The notes: generated from the sequence alone by a model not told the origin. Positions 10,233 through 20,485 are shown, counted from the first letter of the stretch. The stretch is 64,000 bases of DNA from Vulcanimicrobiota bacterium (GCA_963695225.1 OY968762.1:1728001-1792000); one strand, 5' to 3'. Numbers and translations: made by a program.

Positions 10233-10354
10233 AAACTCGTAAAGCGCGCCAGTCCCGGGAAAAACTCATCAAGGCCTTCGTCTGGGTCTTCCTGGGCGTC
10301 TTCATCTTCAGCGCCGTCGGGGTCGCCATGATCATCGTGGTGCCGCACAACTAG
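10229..10354 (+). CDS. 41-aa single-pass membrane microprotein (DUF4044/Prli42-like architecture)
   Basis: MKTRKARQSREKLIKAFVWVFLGVFIFSAVGVAMIIVVPHN; ATGA overlap with the rsfS stop; GC3-rich codons in the TM segment. Confidence 0.7.
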   Translation: MKTRKARQSREKLIKAFVWVFLGVFIFSAVGVAMIIVVPHN

Positions 10355-10485
10355 GGTAAGCCCCGAGCCGGAAACCTTTGGCGCGCTCCGCAGTAAGAGG
10401 AGACGTGCCGCCTCGCTTCAAGTTCCCGGCCCTCGAACCGGCGCAACGCGCCGGGCGGCAGCATTACCATCCAACAAGGAGCACG

Positions 10486-11487
10486 ATGAAGCGCTTCATC
10501 GCGATCGCCGCGACGGCGGTCGCCACGTTGTCCTTGGCCCTCCCGGCCGCCGCGCGCGACTCGTTCGTGCAGGACGACGCGCACCTCTTCAAAGCCGACA
10601 CCGTCACGACGCTCAACGAACGGATCGGCGACTTCAACCGCACCACCGGGAAGGAGGTCGTGGTCGTCACGGTCCCCTCGCTGGGCGGGAAGACGGCACA
10701 GGATGTTGCCGAGAAGGCCTTCGCCGAAAAACAGGTCAACGGCGTTCTGATCTTCCTCGCGAAGGCGGAGAAGAAAGACGGGATCATCGGGGACCGCGCC
10801 GCCAAGCAGTTCTTCCCGGCGGGGACCTTCGACGATATCCGCACGGCGATGCGCGGCGATTTCCGGACGGGCGATTTCGACTCCGGGATCAAGACCGGCG
10901 TCAACCTCGTCCTCGATAACTACCGCTCGCACGAGTCGGCCCTCGGCGGCGCCCGCTACCCCGCGCTTGGGCACCCCCAGCCGGTCGTGACGACGACGAA
11001 GTCGTCCGTTGGAGGTTTCGGAATGTTCGGCATGTTCTGGCTCATCTTGATCCTGCTCGTCGGGTTCCTGATCATTCGCGCGATCTTCCGCGCGATCGCA
11101 GGTCCCCGCCCGATGCCGCCGGGCTACGGCGGACCGATGCAGCAGGGTCCCGGCTACGGTCCGGGATACGGCCCCGGCTACGGCGGCTACGGTCCCGGGT
11201 ACGGCGGCGGCGGCGGGTTCTTCAGCGGCCTCCTCGGCGGTCTAGGCGGCGCGTGGCTCGGAAACGAGCTGTTCGGGCACAACCGCAGCGGCGAGATCGG
11301 GACGAACGCCGCCGACCTCTCCGGCTCCCAGCAATACCAGCAGCCCGACCAGAGCGGCTGGCAATCCGACGCGGGCCAGGCCGACATGAGCAACTCGTCG
11401 TTCGGCGATTGGGGCTCGGGCGGGGACGGCGGCGGGTTCGATGCCGGCGGCGGGGACGGCGGCGGCGGCGGAGACGGCGGCTGGTAG
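10486..11487 (+). CDS. TPM (DUF477) domain membrane protein with Gly/Tyr/Pro-rich tail
   Basis: AAGGAG RBS, signal peptide, VQDDAHLF..EVVVVTVPSL..NGVLIFLA TPM pattern, TM helix, low-complexity tail. Confidence 0.88.
   Translation: MKRFIAIAATAVATLSLALPAAARDSFVQDDAHLFKADTVTTLNERIGDFNRTTGKEVVVVTVPSLGGKTAQDVAEKAFAEKQVNGVLIFLAKAEKKDGIIGDRAAKQFFPAGTFDDIRTAMRGDFRTGDFDSGIKTGVNLVLDNYRSHESALGGARYPALGHPQPVVTTTKSSVGGFGMFGMFWLILILLVGFLIIRAIFRAIAGPRPMPPGYGGPMQQGPGYGPGYGPGYGGYGPGYGGGGGFFSGLLGGLGGAWLGNELFGHNRSGEIGTNAADLSGSQQYQQPDQSGWQSDAGQADMSNSSFGDWGSGGDGGGFDAGGGDGGGGGDGGW
11146..11203 (+). repeat. Coding tandem repeat (GPGY)n
   Basis: ggtcccggctac ggtccgggatac ggccccggctac ... ggtcccgggtac. Confidence 0.8.
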
Positions 11488-11489
11488 CC

Positions 11490-12146
11490 TCACCGTAGAC
11501 TGACGTAGGCGGCGAGCGCATCGAGCTTGCGCTCGTTCATCCCCGCAACGTCGAGCAAATCATCGAGCCTCGCGAAACGGCCGTTGACCTCCCTGAAGGC
11601 GACGATCCGCTCCGCGAGGCTCGCTCCTATTCCGGGAAGGCGTTCGAGTTCGGCGGCCCCCGCCGCGTTCAGGTCGATCGGCGCCGCCGGGAGTGCCTTG
11701 TGCGATCTCGCCGTGCTGCGGCCGCCTCGATGCGAGCGGCGCGCGTGGCCCCCGCTCCCCCGGGCGCGCGGCTCGGCGGCCGCGCCCTTCGGCGGTACGA
11801 CGAAGGCTTCGCCGTCTGAGAGGCGTTCGGCGAGGTTGACGGCGACGAGGTCGGCCGTCGGGCCGGCGCCGCCCGCCGCCGCGAGCGCCGCCTCGGCCCG
11901 CGCGCTCGCAGGCAACGTGTAGACGCCGGGTTTGCGCACCTCGCCCGCGACGTAGACGACGATGCGCGCGGGCGAGGCCTGCGCGGCGGGTGCGCCCGAC
12001 GGCACGGGGAGAGCCTCCCGGACGGCGCCCGAGGAAGCCTGCGCCGCGTACGGCGGGGTGGAGGGTTGCGGGGCGAGATTCCGCCAGCCGGCGACGGCGG
12101 CCGCGGCGCCGACGATGCCGACGAGCAAGAGCGTGCGTCGTTCCAT
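11490..12146 (-). CDS. comEA: Competence DNA receptor ComEA
   Basis: N-terminal TM, SLBB domain (VYVAGEVRKPGVYTL), HhH domain (IDLNAA..ELERLPGIG..LAERIVAFR..GRF). Confidence 0.92.
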   Translation of the reverse strand: MERRTLLLVGIVGAAAAVAGWRNLAPQPSTPPYAAQASSGAVREALPVPSGAPAAQASPARIVVYVAGEVRKPGVYTLPASARAEAALAAAGGAGPTADLVAVNLAERLSDGEAFVVPPKGAAAEPRARGSGGHARRSHRGGRSTARSHKALPAAPIDLNAAGAAELERLPGIGASLAERIVAFREVNGRFARLDDLLDVAGMNERKLDALAAYVSLR

Positions 12147-12251
12147 GCACGGCCATCGCGACGCGGGCGCCGGTTCGCTAGGGCTTGGCGCGAGAGCGAT
12201 ACCGCACCGATGTGAAATGCATCCAATGCGCAAAAGTTGAAAAGGGCGCGC

Positions 12252-14753
12252 ATGGTCGACGAACGTCCCCCTCAGACATACGATTTCCGCGCGGTCGAAC
12301 GGCGCCGGCAGGACGAATGGGAGCGCAACGCGCTCTACCGTGCCGACGATTCCGATCCGCGCGAGAAGTATTACGTACTCGAGATGCTCCCGTACCCTTC
12401 GGGCGATCTGCACGTCGGCCACGCGAAGAACTACACGCTCGGCGATTCCGTCGCGCGGATGATGCGGATGCGCGGGTACAAGGTGATGCACCCGATGGGG
12501 TGGGACGCGTTCGGGCTCCCAGCCGAGAACGCCGCGATCAAATCCGGCGCCGATCCCGCGAAGTGGACGTACGACAACATCGCCAACATGCAGCGGCAGG
12601 TCCGCCTGATCGGGACGAGCTACGATTGGGCGCGGGAGATCGCGAGCTGCGACCCCGAGTACTACCGCTGGAATCAGTGGATCTTCTTGCGGATGTACGA
12701 GGACGGGCTCGCGTACAAGCGCGAGGCCCCGGTCAATTGGTGCCCGCAAGACCAGACCGTGCTCGCGAACGAGCAGGTCGAGGACGGTCGCTGTTGGCGC
12801 TGCGGAAGCATGGTCGAACGCCGCAACCTCTCGCAATGGTTCTTCGCGATCACGGCCTACGCCGATAGACTGCTCGCCGGGATCGACGCCCTCCCCGGCT
12901 GGCCCGACCGCATCAAGACGATGCAACGCAACTGGATCGGCCGCAGCGAGGGGACGACGTTCTCCTTCGGCGTCGAGGGGCTCGACGAGCGAATCTCCGT
13001 CTACACGACGCGCGTCGACACGATCTTCGGCGTCACGTACGTCACGCTCGCCCCGGAACATCCGCTCGTCCCCAAGCTCGTGGCGGCGCATTCCGCCGAG
13101 CGCGCCTCGGTCGAAGCGTTCGCCGAGTCGCTCAAGACGAAATCGGAACTCGAGCGCACGAGCTTGATGGAGAAGGCCGGCGTCTTCACGGGCGCCTACG
13201 CGAAACATCCGCTCACGGGCGAGCGGGTCCCGATCTGGGTCGCGAATTACGTCCTCGCCGAGTACGGGACGGGCGCCGTCATGGGCGTCCCCGGGCACGA
13301 TCAGCGCGATTTCGATTTCGCGAAAAAGTTCGGCTTGCCGATCGTCCGCGTCAACGTCCCGCCGGGCGTCGCGGCGGACGCCGTCCTCGCGGCCGCGGAC
13401 GAGGACGAGGACGGGCGCACGCTCGTCGCGAGCGGCGCATTCGACGGGCTCGGCACGGCCGAGGCGCGCGGCGCGATCACGGATCGGCTGGCGAGCCTCG
13501 GCATCGGAGAACTGACGGTCAATTTCCGCATCCGCGATTGGCTGCTCTCTCGGCAGCGCTACTGGGGCACGCCGATCCCGATCGTCTACTGCGAGAAGGA
13601 CGGCGAGGTCCCCGTTCCGGACTCGGCGCTCCCCGTGCTGCTGCCGACGAACATCCCGATCACGGGCGAAGGCTCGCCGCTCGCGCGGTACGAGCCGTTC
13701 ATGCAGACGACCTGTCCGAAGTGCGGCGGCCCCGCGCGGCGCGATCCCGATACGATGGACACGTTCGTCGATTCGTCCTGGTATTACGTCCGCTATCTCG
13801 ACGCGCACAACGACCGCGCTCCTTTCGACCCCGAGCGGGTGAAGGTCTGGACGAACGTCGATCAATACATCGGCGGGGCGGAGCACGCCGTGCTGCATTT
13901 GCTCTACGCGCGCTTCTTCTATATGTACTTCCACGACAAGGGCTGGATCGGCGGACGGGACGAGCCGTTCGAGCGCCTCTTCAATCAGGGCATGGTGCTG
14001 CGCAACGGCGAGAAAATGTCCAAGAGCCGCGGGAACGTCGTCGGGATCGACCACACCGCCCAAACGTACGGCGTCGACGCGATGCGGCTGTTCCTGCTCA
14101 AAGCGACGCCCCCCGAAGATACGATGGACTGGACGGACGAGGGGATCAGCGGGCGCGTCCGCTTCCTCGACCGCGTTTGGCGCGCGTGCGATCCCTACGG
14201 GGCCGCCGCGCGCGCCGTACCGCTCGACCGCCTTCCGGAGATGCGCGGCGCCGAGCAACGGGAACTCGTTCGGGCCGTCCACGCCGCCCTGAAATCCGGG
14301 GCCGACGAGACGACCTCGCGCCGTTTCCACTTCAACACGACGCTCGCGCGCTTCGACGAGCTCGTGAACGCGCTGACGAAGTTCGCGCAGACGGAGGGCG
14401 CCGCGACGGACCCCGCCTTCCTCTATGCGGTCGGGATGTTCCCGCTGCTGCTCGCTCCGTTCGCGCCGCACATCGCCGAGGAACTGTGGGAGCGCATGGG
14501 GCACGAGCGCTCCGTCCATCTCGAGCGCTGGCCGAATCACGACGAGGCGGCGCTCGCCGTCGCCGAGATCGAGTTCGTCGTGCAGATCAACGGGAAGATC
14601 CGCGCTCGGATCGCAACCGCGCCCGGGCTCGACGAAGCGGCCGCCCTCGCGCTCGCACTCGAAAACGCGCACGTGCGTGCGAACCTCGACGGCAAACAGA
14701 TCCGCAAGCGGATCTACGTCCCCGACAAACTCCTCAACCTCGTCGTCGGCTGA
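12252..14753 (+). CDS. leuS: Leucine--tRNA ligase
   Basis: MLPYPSGDLHVGH, GWDAFGLPAENAA, editing domain GTGAVMGVPGHDQRD, KMSKS. Confidence 0.98.
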   Translation: MVDERPPQTYDFRAVERRRQDEWERNALYRADDSDPREKYYVLEMLPYPSGDLHVGHAKNYTLGDSVARMMRMRGYKVMHPMGWDAFGLPAENAAIKSGADPAKWTYDNIANMQRQVRLIGTSYDWAREIASCDPEYYRWNQWIFLRMYEDGLAYKREAPVNWCPQDQTVLANEQVEDGRCWRCGSMVERRNLSQWFFAITAYADRLLAGIDALPGWPDRIKTMQRNWIGRSEGTTFSFGVEGLDERISVYTTRVDTIFGVTYVTLAPEHPLVPKLVAAHSAERASVEAFAESLKTKSELERTSLMEKAGVFTGAYAKHPLTGERVPIWVANYVLAEYGTGAVMGVPGHDQRDFDFAKKFGLPIVRVNVPPGVAADAVLAAADEDEDGRTLVASGAFDGLGTAEARGAITDRLASLGIGELTVNFRIRDWLLSRQRYWGTPIPIVYCEKDGEVPVPDSALPVLLPTNIPITGEGSPLARYEPFMQTTCPKCGGPARRDPDTMDTFVDSSWYYVRYLDAHNDRAPFDPERVKVWTNVDQYIGGAEHAVLHLLYARFFYMYFHDKGWIGGRDEPFERLFNQGMVLRNGEKMSKSRGNVVGIDHTAQTYGVDAMRLFLLKATPPEDTMDWTDEGISGRVRFLDRVWRACDPYGAAARAVPLDRLPEMRGAEQRELVRAVHAALKSGADETTSRRFHFNTTLARFDELVNALTKFAQTEGAATDPAFLYAVGMFPLLLAPFAPHIAEELWERMGHERSVHLERWPNHDEAALAVAEIEFVVQINGKIRARIATAPGLDEAAALALALENAHVRANLDGKQIRKRIYVPDKLLNLVVG

Positions 14754-14783
14754 CGCGAGAATCCGGCGAAGAGGCTGCCCGGC

Positions 14784-15860
14784 GTGATACACGCGATGAC
14801 GACCGACGACATACGAATCCGCGAGCTCAAAGAGCTCGTCACCCCCGAAGAGTTGATGGGCGAGCTGCCCTGCTCCCCCGAGGCGTCGCGGGTGACGCGG
14901 GCCGCGCGCGCGCGACTCCACGATATCCTGCACGGCACGGACGACCGGCTCATCGTCGTGATCGGCCCGTGCTCGATCCACGATCCGCTCGCCGCGCTCG
15001 ATTACGCGACGCGGCTCGCCCCGTACCGGGAGAGGCTCGCGGGCGAGCTCGAGATCGTCATGCGCGTCTACTTCGAGAAGCCGCGGACGACGGTCGGCTG
15101 GAAGGGCATGATCAACGACCCGCAGATGGACGAGACGTACAACATCAACGACGGTCTGTACGTCGCGCGATCGTTGTTGCTCGGCCTGTGCGACCTCGGC
15201 GTCCCGGCCGGGACGGAATACCTCGAGACGATCGGCCCGCAGTACATCGCCGATCTGATCTCATGGGGCGCGATCGGCGCCCGCACGACGGAATCACAGG
15301 TGCACCGGGAGCTGGCCTCCGGGGTTTCGTGCCCCGTCGGCTTCAAGAACGGGACGGAAGGGAACATCAAGATCGCCATCGACGCGATCCAGGCGGCGAG
15401 CCGGCCGCACCACTTCCTCGGCGTCACGAAAGGCGGGCGTTCGGCGATCTTCTCGACGACGGGGAACGACGATTGCCACCTTATCCTGCGGGGAGGGCGG
15501 CAGCCGAACTACGACGCGCGGAGCGTCGACGAGGTCGCGCGCGCGCTCGAGAAGGCGCATCTGCCCGCGCGCCTGATGGTCGACGCGAGCCACGCGAACA
15601 GCCGCAAGGAATACGCGAATCAGATCCCGATCTGCGAAGACATCGCGCTGCGTATCGCCCGCGGAGAGCGGCGCATCGTCGGCGTCATGATCGAATCGAA
15701 TCTCCTCGCCGGGCGGCAAGACCACGTCGCCGGCAAACCGCTCGTCTACGGGCGGAGCGTGACCGACGCGTGCCTGGGCTGGGAAGACTCGGCCGTCCTG
15801 CTCGAACGCTTGGCAGCCGCCGTATCGCAACGGCGCGCCGCGCCCGAAGCGCACGTCTAG
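14784..15860 (+). CDS. aroG: Class I-alpha DAHP synthase (AroF/G/H type)
   Basis: GPCSIHD, RVYFEKPRTTVGWKG, IGARTTESQVHRELASG, GFKNGT, DASHANS. Confidence 0.93.
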   Translation: MIHAMTTDDIRIRELKELVTPEELMGELPCSPEASRVTRAARARLHDILHGTDDRLIVVIGPCSIHDPLAALDYATRLAPYRERLAGELEIVMRVYFEKPRTTVGWKGMINDPQMDETYNINDGLYVARSLLLGLCDLGVPAGTEYLETIGPQYIADLISWGAIGARTTESQVHRELASGVSCPVGFKNGTEGNIKIAIDAIQAASRPHHFLGVTKGGRSAIFSTTGNDDCHLILRGGRQPNYDARSVDEVARALEKAHLPARLMVDASHANSRKEYANQIPICEDIALRIARGERRIVGVMIESNLLAGRQDHVAGKPLVYGRSVTDACLGWEDSAVLLERLAAAVSQRRAAPEAHV

Positions 15861-15869
15861 GCGGCCGCC

Positions 15870-16229
15870 GTGCCGGAGTTCGAGCACCTGCAACTCTCGA
15901 CGACGGCCCCGACGCGCGACGACGCGGAGCGGATCGCCGGCGCGCTGCTCGAAGCGCGGCTCGCCGCCTGCGGGCAGATCCTCGGCCCGCTGACAAGCCG
16001 TTACCGGTGGCGCGGCGCGCTCGAACGCAGCGAAGAATACCTCCTGCTCCTGAAGGTGCGCGCGACGGACTACGCGGCGTGCGAGCGCGCGATTCGCGAC
16101 GTCCACCCGTACGAAACGCCGGAGATCATCGCCGTCCCGATCGTCGCCGGATCGGCGGACTATCTCGCCTGGATCGACGAGAACGCCGCGGGATCCGCAG
16201 CCCCCGTTCAGACCTCCTTCGACTCGTAG
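15870..16229 (+). CDS. cutA: Divalent-cation tolerance protein CutA
   Basis: RLAACGQI..SRYRWRG..EE, HPYETPEII, YLAWI. Confidence 0.93.
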   Translation: MPEFEHLQLSTTAPTRDDAERIAGALLEARLAACGQILGPLTSRYRWRGALERSEEYLLLLKVRATDYAACERAIRDVHPYETPEIIAVPIVAGSADYLAWIDENAAGSAAPVQTSFDS

Positions 16230-16519
16230 AGATACATAGAGGCCCCGCCCGTCGCGAACTTCGCGACGTCGGCCGCCGTTTCGGCACCTTCCGGGGACGC
16301 GAGCGCGCGCTGCACGTCGGCGCTCGAATCGAACGTCAAATCGGCGATCAGATAATGCGGAGCAGGTTCGCCGCCGAGTTCGGTCACCGGCGTCGCCGAA
16401 ACGGTGTAGCCGAGCAGGCCGGGGAGCCGCTTCGCGATCGGAACGTGCGTTTCGAAATAGTAGCGGTCGAAAGCGGCGGGATCCTCAGGGTGATTGTAGA
16501 GCACGAGCACGTGAACCAC
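16208..16519 (-). CDS. EthD family reductase
   Basis: [30 protein letters not shown] ... ALASPEG...AADV..F. Confidence 0.88.
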   Translation of the reverse strand: MVHVLVLYNHPEDPAAFDRYYFETHVPIAKRLPGLLGYTVSATPVTELGGEPAPHYLIADLTFDSSADVQRALASPEGAETAADVAKFATGGASMYLYESKEV

Positions 16520-16733
16520 GATACAGCTCCTTCCGCCGTCGCGGCGCGCGCCGCTCCGGCCGGGATCGCAGATATGCCTCAGTATGCATGGTTCGCCCGG
16601 CCGGCGCTACGCCTCCCCGCCGGCCGCGCGCGCAGGAAATACGAGACGGGCCGCGTTAGCTTCATCCGGCGCAGCGTTCCGCCGGCGCGCGGCCGCCGGA
16701 GGCGGCGCCATCCCAAGTTTGGATAGGATCATC

Positions 16734-18173
16734 TTGAAGCAACTCGAGAAGACGTCACTGTTCGTCGCCGGTTCGTTCGTCGCGGGCGACGGAGCGGAAG
16801 AAACGATCGCGAATCCGGCGACCGGCGAAACGATCGCCTCGGCACCGGAAGCCTCTCCGCAACAAATCGATCTGGCGGTCGCGGCCGCCGGCAAGGCGTT
16901 CGAGACCTGGTCGCGCACCGCGCCCGTCGAGCGCTCGCTTCGCCTGCTGAAACTCGCCGATCGCATCGAAGCCGAAGCGGAAGCGTTCGCGCGCCTCGAG
17001 AGCCTCAACTGCGGGAAGCCGTATGCGCGCGTCCTCGCCGACGAGATGCCCGCGATCGTCGATTGCTTCCGCTTCTTCGCCGGCGCTTTGCGCTGCATGC
17101 CGGGGAGCGCCGCAGGCGAGTATCTCGACGGCCACACAAGCATGATCCGGCGCGACCCGGTCGGAGTCGTCGCGTCGATCGCGCCGTGGAACTATCCGCT
17201 GATGATGGCAGCGTGGAAGATCGCGCCCGCGCTCGCGGCCGGCAACACGATCGTGCTCAAACCCTCGGAGCACACTCCCCTGACCGCGATCAAGTTGATG
17301 GAACTCGTCGCCGAGATCTTCCCGGAAGGCGTCTGCAACGTCGTCCTCGGTCGGGGCGAGAGCGTCGGCTCGGCGCTGATCTCGCATCCGGCCGTCCACA
17401 TGATTTCGCTGACCGGCGACATCTCGACGGGCCGCAAAGTGATCGAGGCCGCGCGCGCGACGATCAAGCGCACGCATCTGGAGCTCGGCGGGAAGGCGCC
17501 GGTCATCGTGTTCGACGACGCCGACGTGGACGCGGTCGTCGAAGCGGTTCGCGCGTTCGGCTATTACAACGCCGGGCAGGACTGTACCGCCGCGTGCCGC
17601 GTTTACGCCGGCTCGCAGGTGTACGACCGGCTGACGGCCGCACTCGCCGAGGCCGTCAAGGGCATAAAATACGGCACGCAGGACGAAGAAGGCGTTGAGA
17701 TCGGGCCGGTCATCACCGAACGGCAGCGCACGCGCGTCTCGGGATTCGTCGACCGGGCGCGCGCGCTCGAGCACATCGAAATCCTCGCCGGGGGAAATCC
17801 CGTCGAAGGCGGCGGCTTCTTCTACGAGCCGACGCTGATCGCGGGGGCGCGGCAGAGCGACGAGATCGTGCAGCGCGAGGTCTTCGGGCCCGTCGTCTCC
17901 GTGACGCGTTTCTCCGACGACGACGACGTCGTCGCATGGGCAAACGATTCGCAGTACGGTTTGGCCTCGTCGGTCTGGACGCGCGACGTCGGGCGGGCGA
18001 TGCAGACCGCGAGCCGCCTGCGCTACGGCTGCACCTGGATCAACACGCATTTCATGCTCGCGAGCGAAATGCCGCACGGCGGCCTGAAGTCGTCGGGCTA
18101 CGGCAAGGACCTCTCGGCGTACGCATTGGAGGACTATTCGGTCGTCCGTCACGTGATGGTGAAACTCTCGTGA
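16734..18173 (+). CDS. patD: Gamma-aminobutyraldehyde dehydrogenase
   Basis: [45 protein letters not shown] (catalytic Cys), [11 protein letters not shown] start inferred. Confidence 0.92.
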   Translation: MKQLEKTSLFVAGSFVAGDGAEETIANPATGETIASAPEASPQQIDLAVAAAGKAFETWSRTAPVERSLRLLKLADRIEAEAEAFARLESLNCGKPYARVLADEMPAIVDCFRFFAGALRCMPGSAAGEYLDGHTSMIRRDPVGVVASIAPWNYPLMMAAWKIAPALAAGNTIVLKPSEHTPLTAIKLMELVAEIFPEGVCNVVLGRGESVGSALISHPAVHMISLTGDISTGRKVIEAARATIKRTHLELGGKAPVIVFDDADVDAVVEAVRAFGYYNAGQDCTAACRVYAGSQVYDRLTAALAEAVKGIKYGTQDEEGVEIGPVITERQRTRVSGFVDRARALEHIEILAGGNPVEGGGFFYEPTLIAGARQSDEIVQREVFGPVVSVTRFSDDDDVVAWANDSQYGLASSVWTRDVGRAMQTASRLRYGCTWINTHFMLASEMPHGGLKSSGYGKDLSAYALEDYSVVRHVMVKLS

Positions 18174-18186
18174 CGCCGGCATCCGC

Positions 18187-19230
18187 TTGAGCGCCGCAGC
18201 TCCTGCGGCGCCCGGCGGTTCATTCGAAGGCGCGCCAGTCGTCGTCCGGCTCGACGGAGTTCACAAGTCGTACCGGGGCAGCGTCGCGGTCGAGCACGTC
18301 GACCTGAGCGTCCGCTCCGGCGAGTTCTTCACGATGCTCGGCCCGTCGGGTTCCGGGAAGACGACGAGTTTGCGCCTGATCGCGGGCTTCGAGCGCCCCG
18401 ACCGCGGCCGCGTCGAGCTCAACGGCGTCGACGTGACCGGGATGCCGCCGTACGATCGCGACGTCAACACCGTCTTCCAAGATTACGCGTTGTTCCCGCA
18501 CATGACGATCGCCGAGAACGTCGCGTACGGCTTGCAGGCGAAGGGAGTCCGGCAGAGCGAACAGGCCGGGCGCGTCGCCGAAGCGCTGCGCATGGTTCGC
18601 TTGGAAGGCTTCCGGGAACGGCGGCCGGGGCAACTCTCGGGCGGCCAGCGCCAGCGCGTCGCGCTCGCGCGCGCGATCGTGAACCATCCGCAGGTGCTGC
18701 TCCTGGACGAACCGCTCGGCGCGCTCGATCTGCGCCTGCGGCAAGAGATGCAAGTCGAGCTCAAGCGCATCCAGCGCGAGGTGAACATCACGTTCCTCTA
18801 CGTGACGCACGACCAGGAGGAAGCGCTCACGATGAGCGACCGCGTCGCCGTCTTCAATCACGGCCGCATCGAGCAGGTCGGCTCGCCGATCGAGGTGTAC
18901 GAACGGCCCGTCAACGAGTTCGTCGCAGGCTTCGTCGGAACGTCGAACATCCTCGACCGCGGCGAACGGCGCATCCTCGTGCGGCCGGAGAAGATCCACG
19001 TCGCCCCCGCGGGGCAGGAAGCTGCCGAGAGCGGCCTGCACGTCGAGACAGGTGCGCTGCGCGAGATCGTGTACGTCGGGATGTACACGCGATACATCGT
19101 CGAGCTCGACGACGGAACCGCGATCACCTCGATGCAACAGAACAGGAGCGACTACTCCCCCGAGGCCCACGAACGTCGCGGCGAGCGCGTGAGCGTAAGC
19201 TGGCGCACCGAGAGCGAAGTGTCTTTGTAA
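18187..19230 (+). CDS. Polyamine ABC transporter ATP-binding protein (YdcT/PotA-like)
   Basis: GPSGSGKT, VNTVFQDYALFPH, LSGGQRQR, LLLDEP, TOBE C-terminus. Confidence 0.93.
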   Translation: MSAAAPAAPGGSFEGAPVVVRLDGVHKSYRGSVAVEHVDLSVRSGEFFTMLGPSGSGKTTSLRLIAGFERPDRGRVELNGVDVTGMPPYDRDVNTVFQDYALFPHMTIAENVAYGLQAKGVRQSEQAGRVAEALRMVRLEGFRERRPGQLSGGQRQRVALARAIVNHPQVLLLDEPLGALDLRLRQEMQVELKRIQREVNITFLYVTHDQEEALTMSDRVAVFNHGRIEQVGSPIEVYERPVNEFVAGFVGTSNILDRGERRILVRPEKIHVAPAGQEAAESGLHVETGALREIVYVGMYTRYIVELDDGTAITSMQQNRSDYSPEAHERRGERVSVSWRTESEVSL

Positions 19231-19264
19231 TGCTCAACCTGGCAAGAAAGGCAGGCCCGATCGG

Positions 19265-20428
19265 ATGAAAAACCACATCCCCAAACGCGCGGCGGCCACG
19301 CTGGCGCTGGCCCCGATCCTCGCGTTCGTCCTCTCCTCCATCGGTTTCGCGGCGCCCGCCCAACCGAACTATCCCAAGGAGATCGGAAAGGGCGAAGGCT
19401 CACTCAACATCGTCGCGTGGGAAGGCTACGCGCAGGACGACTGGGTGAAGCCGTTCGAAAAGGAGACCGGCTGCACCGTCCATCGTAAGTACGCGGGCTC
19501 TTCGGACGAGATGGTCGCTTTGATGCGTCAAGGCGGCGGCTCGCAATACGATTTGGTCTCCGCCTCGGGCGATGCGAGCCTACGGCTGATCTACGGCGGC
19601 GACGTTCAACCCCTCGACGTAAAACTGCTCCCGGCTTGGAACGACTTCGTTGCGGATCTGAAATCCCCGCCGCACAATACCGTCAACGGGTTGCACTACG
19701 GCCTCTCGTACGAGTGGGGCCCCAACGTGCTGCTCTGGAACACCGCAAAGGTGAAGCCGGGCCCGACGAGTTGGGCCGCGATCTACGACGAGACGCACAA
19801 AGGCCGCATCTCGGTCCCCGACAACCCGATCCAGATCGCCGATGCCGCGCTCTACCTCGCCAAACACGATCCGAACCTGGGCATCACGGACCCGTACGAA
19901 CTCAATGAAACCCAGCTCGACGCGGCAGTCGCTCTGCTCAAGAAGCAGCGCCCGCTCATCAAGAAGTATTGGGCGCTCGCCTCCGACGAGATCGAGCTCT
20001 TCAAGAACGGCGACGTCGTGATCGGTGCGGCCTGGCCGTATCAAACGAACACGCTGCAAGCGGCGAAGTCGCCGGTCGCGGATGCCGTCCCGGCCGAAGG
20101 CGCGACCGGTTGGGCCGATTCGTGGATGCTCTCGGCAAAATCGCAGCACGCGAGCTGCGCGTACAAGTGGATGAACTGGGTTTCGACACCGAAGGTCCAG
20201 GCGCAGCAGGCGCTCTACTTCGGCGAGACGCCGGCGAACCCGAAGGCCTGCTCGTACATGAACGCCATGGCGCCCGGCTCGTGCGCGAAGTACCACCTCA
20301 ACGCACCGGCCGCCTATCTCAAGCAGATCAAGTTCTGGAAGACCCCGCAGCAAGACTGCGGCAACGGAAAGAACGACTGTACGACCTACGCCACTTGGCA
20401 ACGAAAGTGGCAAGAGATCAAGGGCTGA
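19265..20428 (+). CDS. Polyamine ABC substrate-binding protein (YdcS-like)
   Basis: Signal peptide; IGKGEGSLNIVAW, DWVKPFEKETGC, SDEMVALM, SGDASLRLI, PAEGATGWAD. Confidence 0.9.
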   Translation: MKNHIPKRAAATLALAPILAFVLSSIGFAAPAQPNYPKEIGKGEGSLNIVAWEGYAQDDWVKPFEKETGCTVHRKYAGSSDEMVALMRQGGGSQYDLVSASGDASLRLIYGGDVQPLDVKLLPAWNDFVADLKSPPHNTVNGLHYGLSYEWGPNVLLWNTAKVKPGPTSWAAIYDETHKGRISVPDNPIQIADAALYLAKHDPNLGITDPYELNETQLDAAVALLKKQRPLIKKYWALASDEIELFKNGDVVIGAAWPYQTNTLQAAKSPVADAVPAEGATGWADSWMLSAKSQHASCAYKWMNWVSTPKVQAQQALYFGETPANPKACSYMNAMAPGSCAKYHLNAPAAYLKQIKFWKTPQQDCGNGKNDCTTYATWQRKWQEIKG

Positions 20429-20485
20429 CGATGGGTTGCGTCACGTTCACGGCGGCGTCGCTCTGAGCTCGTCGAAGGGCGAAGG

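Noticed and set aside
12147..12251. T-box riboswitch upstream of leuS, or CRP-like site (TGTGA-N6-TCCAA) for comEA
   Set aside because: Intergenic region is only ~105 bp with no T-box consensus; the second CRP half-site is poor
11490..14981. Apparent 1163-aa giant ComEA fusion
   Set aside because: The N-terminal ~945 codons are the antisense of leuS/aroG; real ComEA starts at ATG 12146
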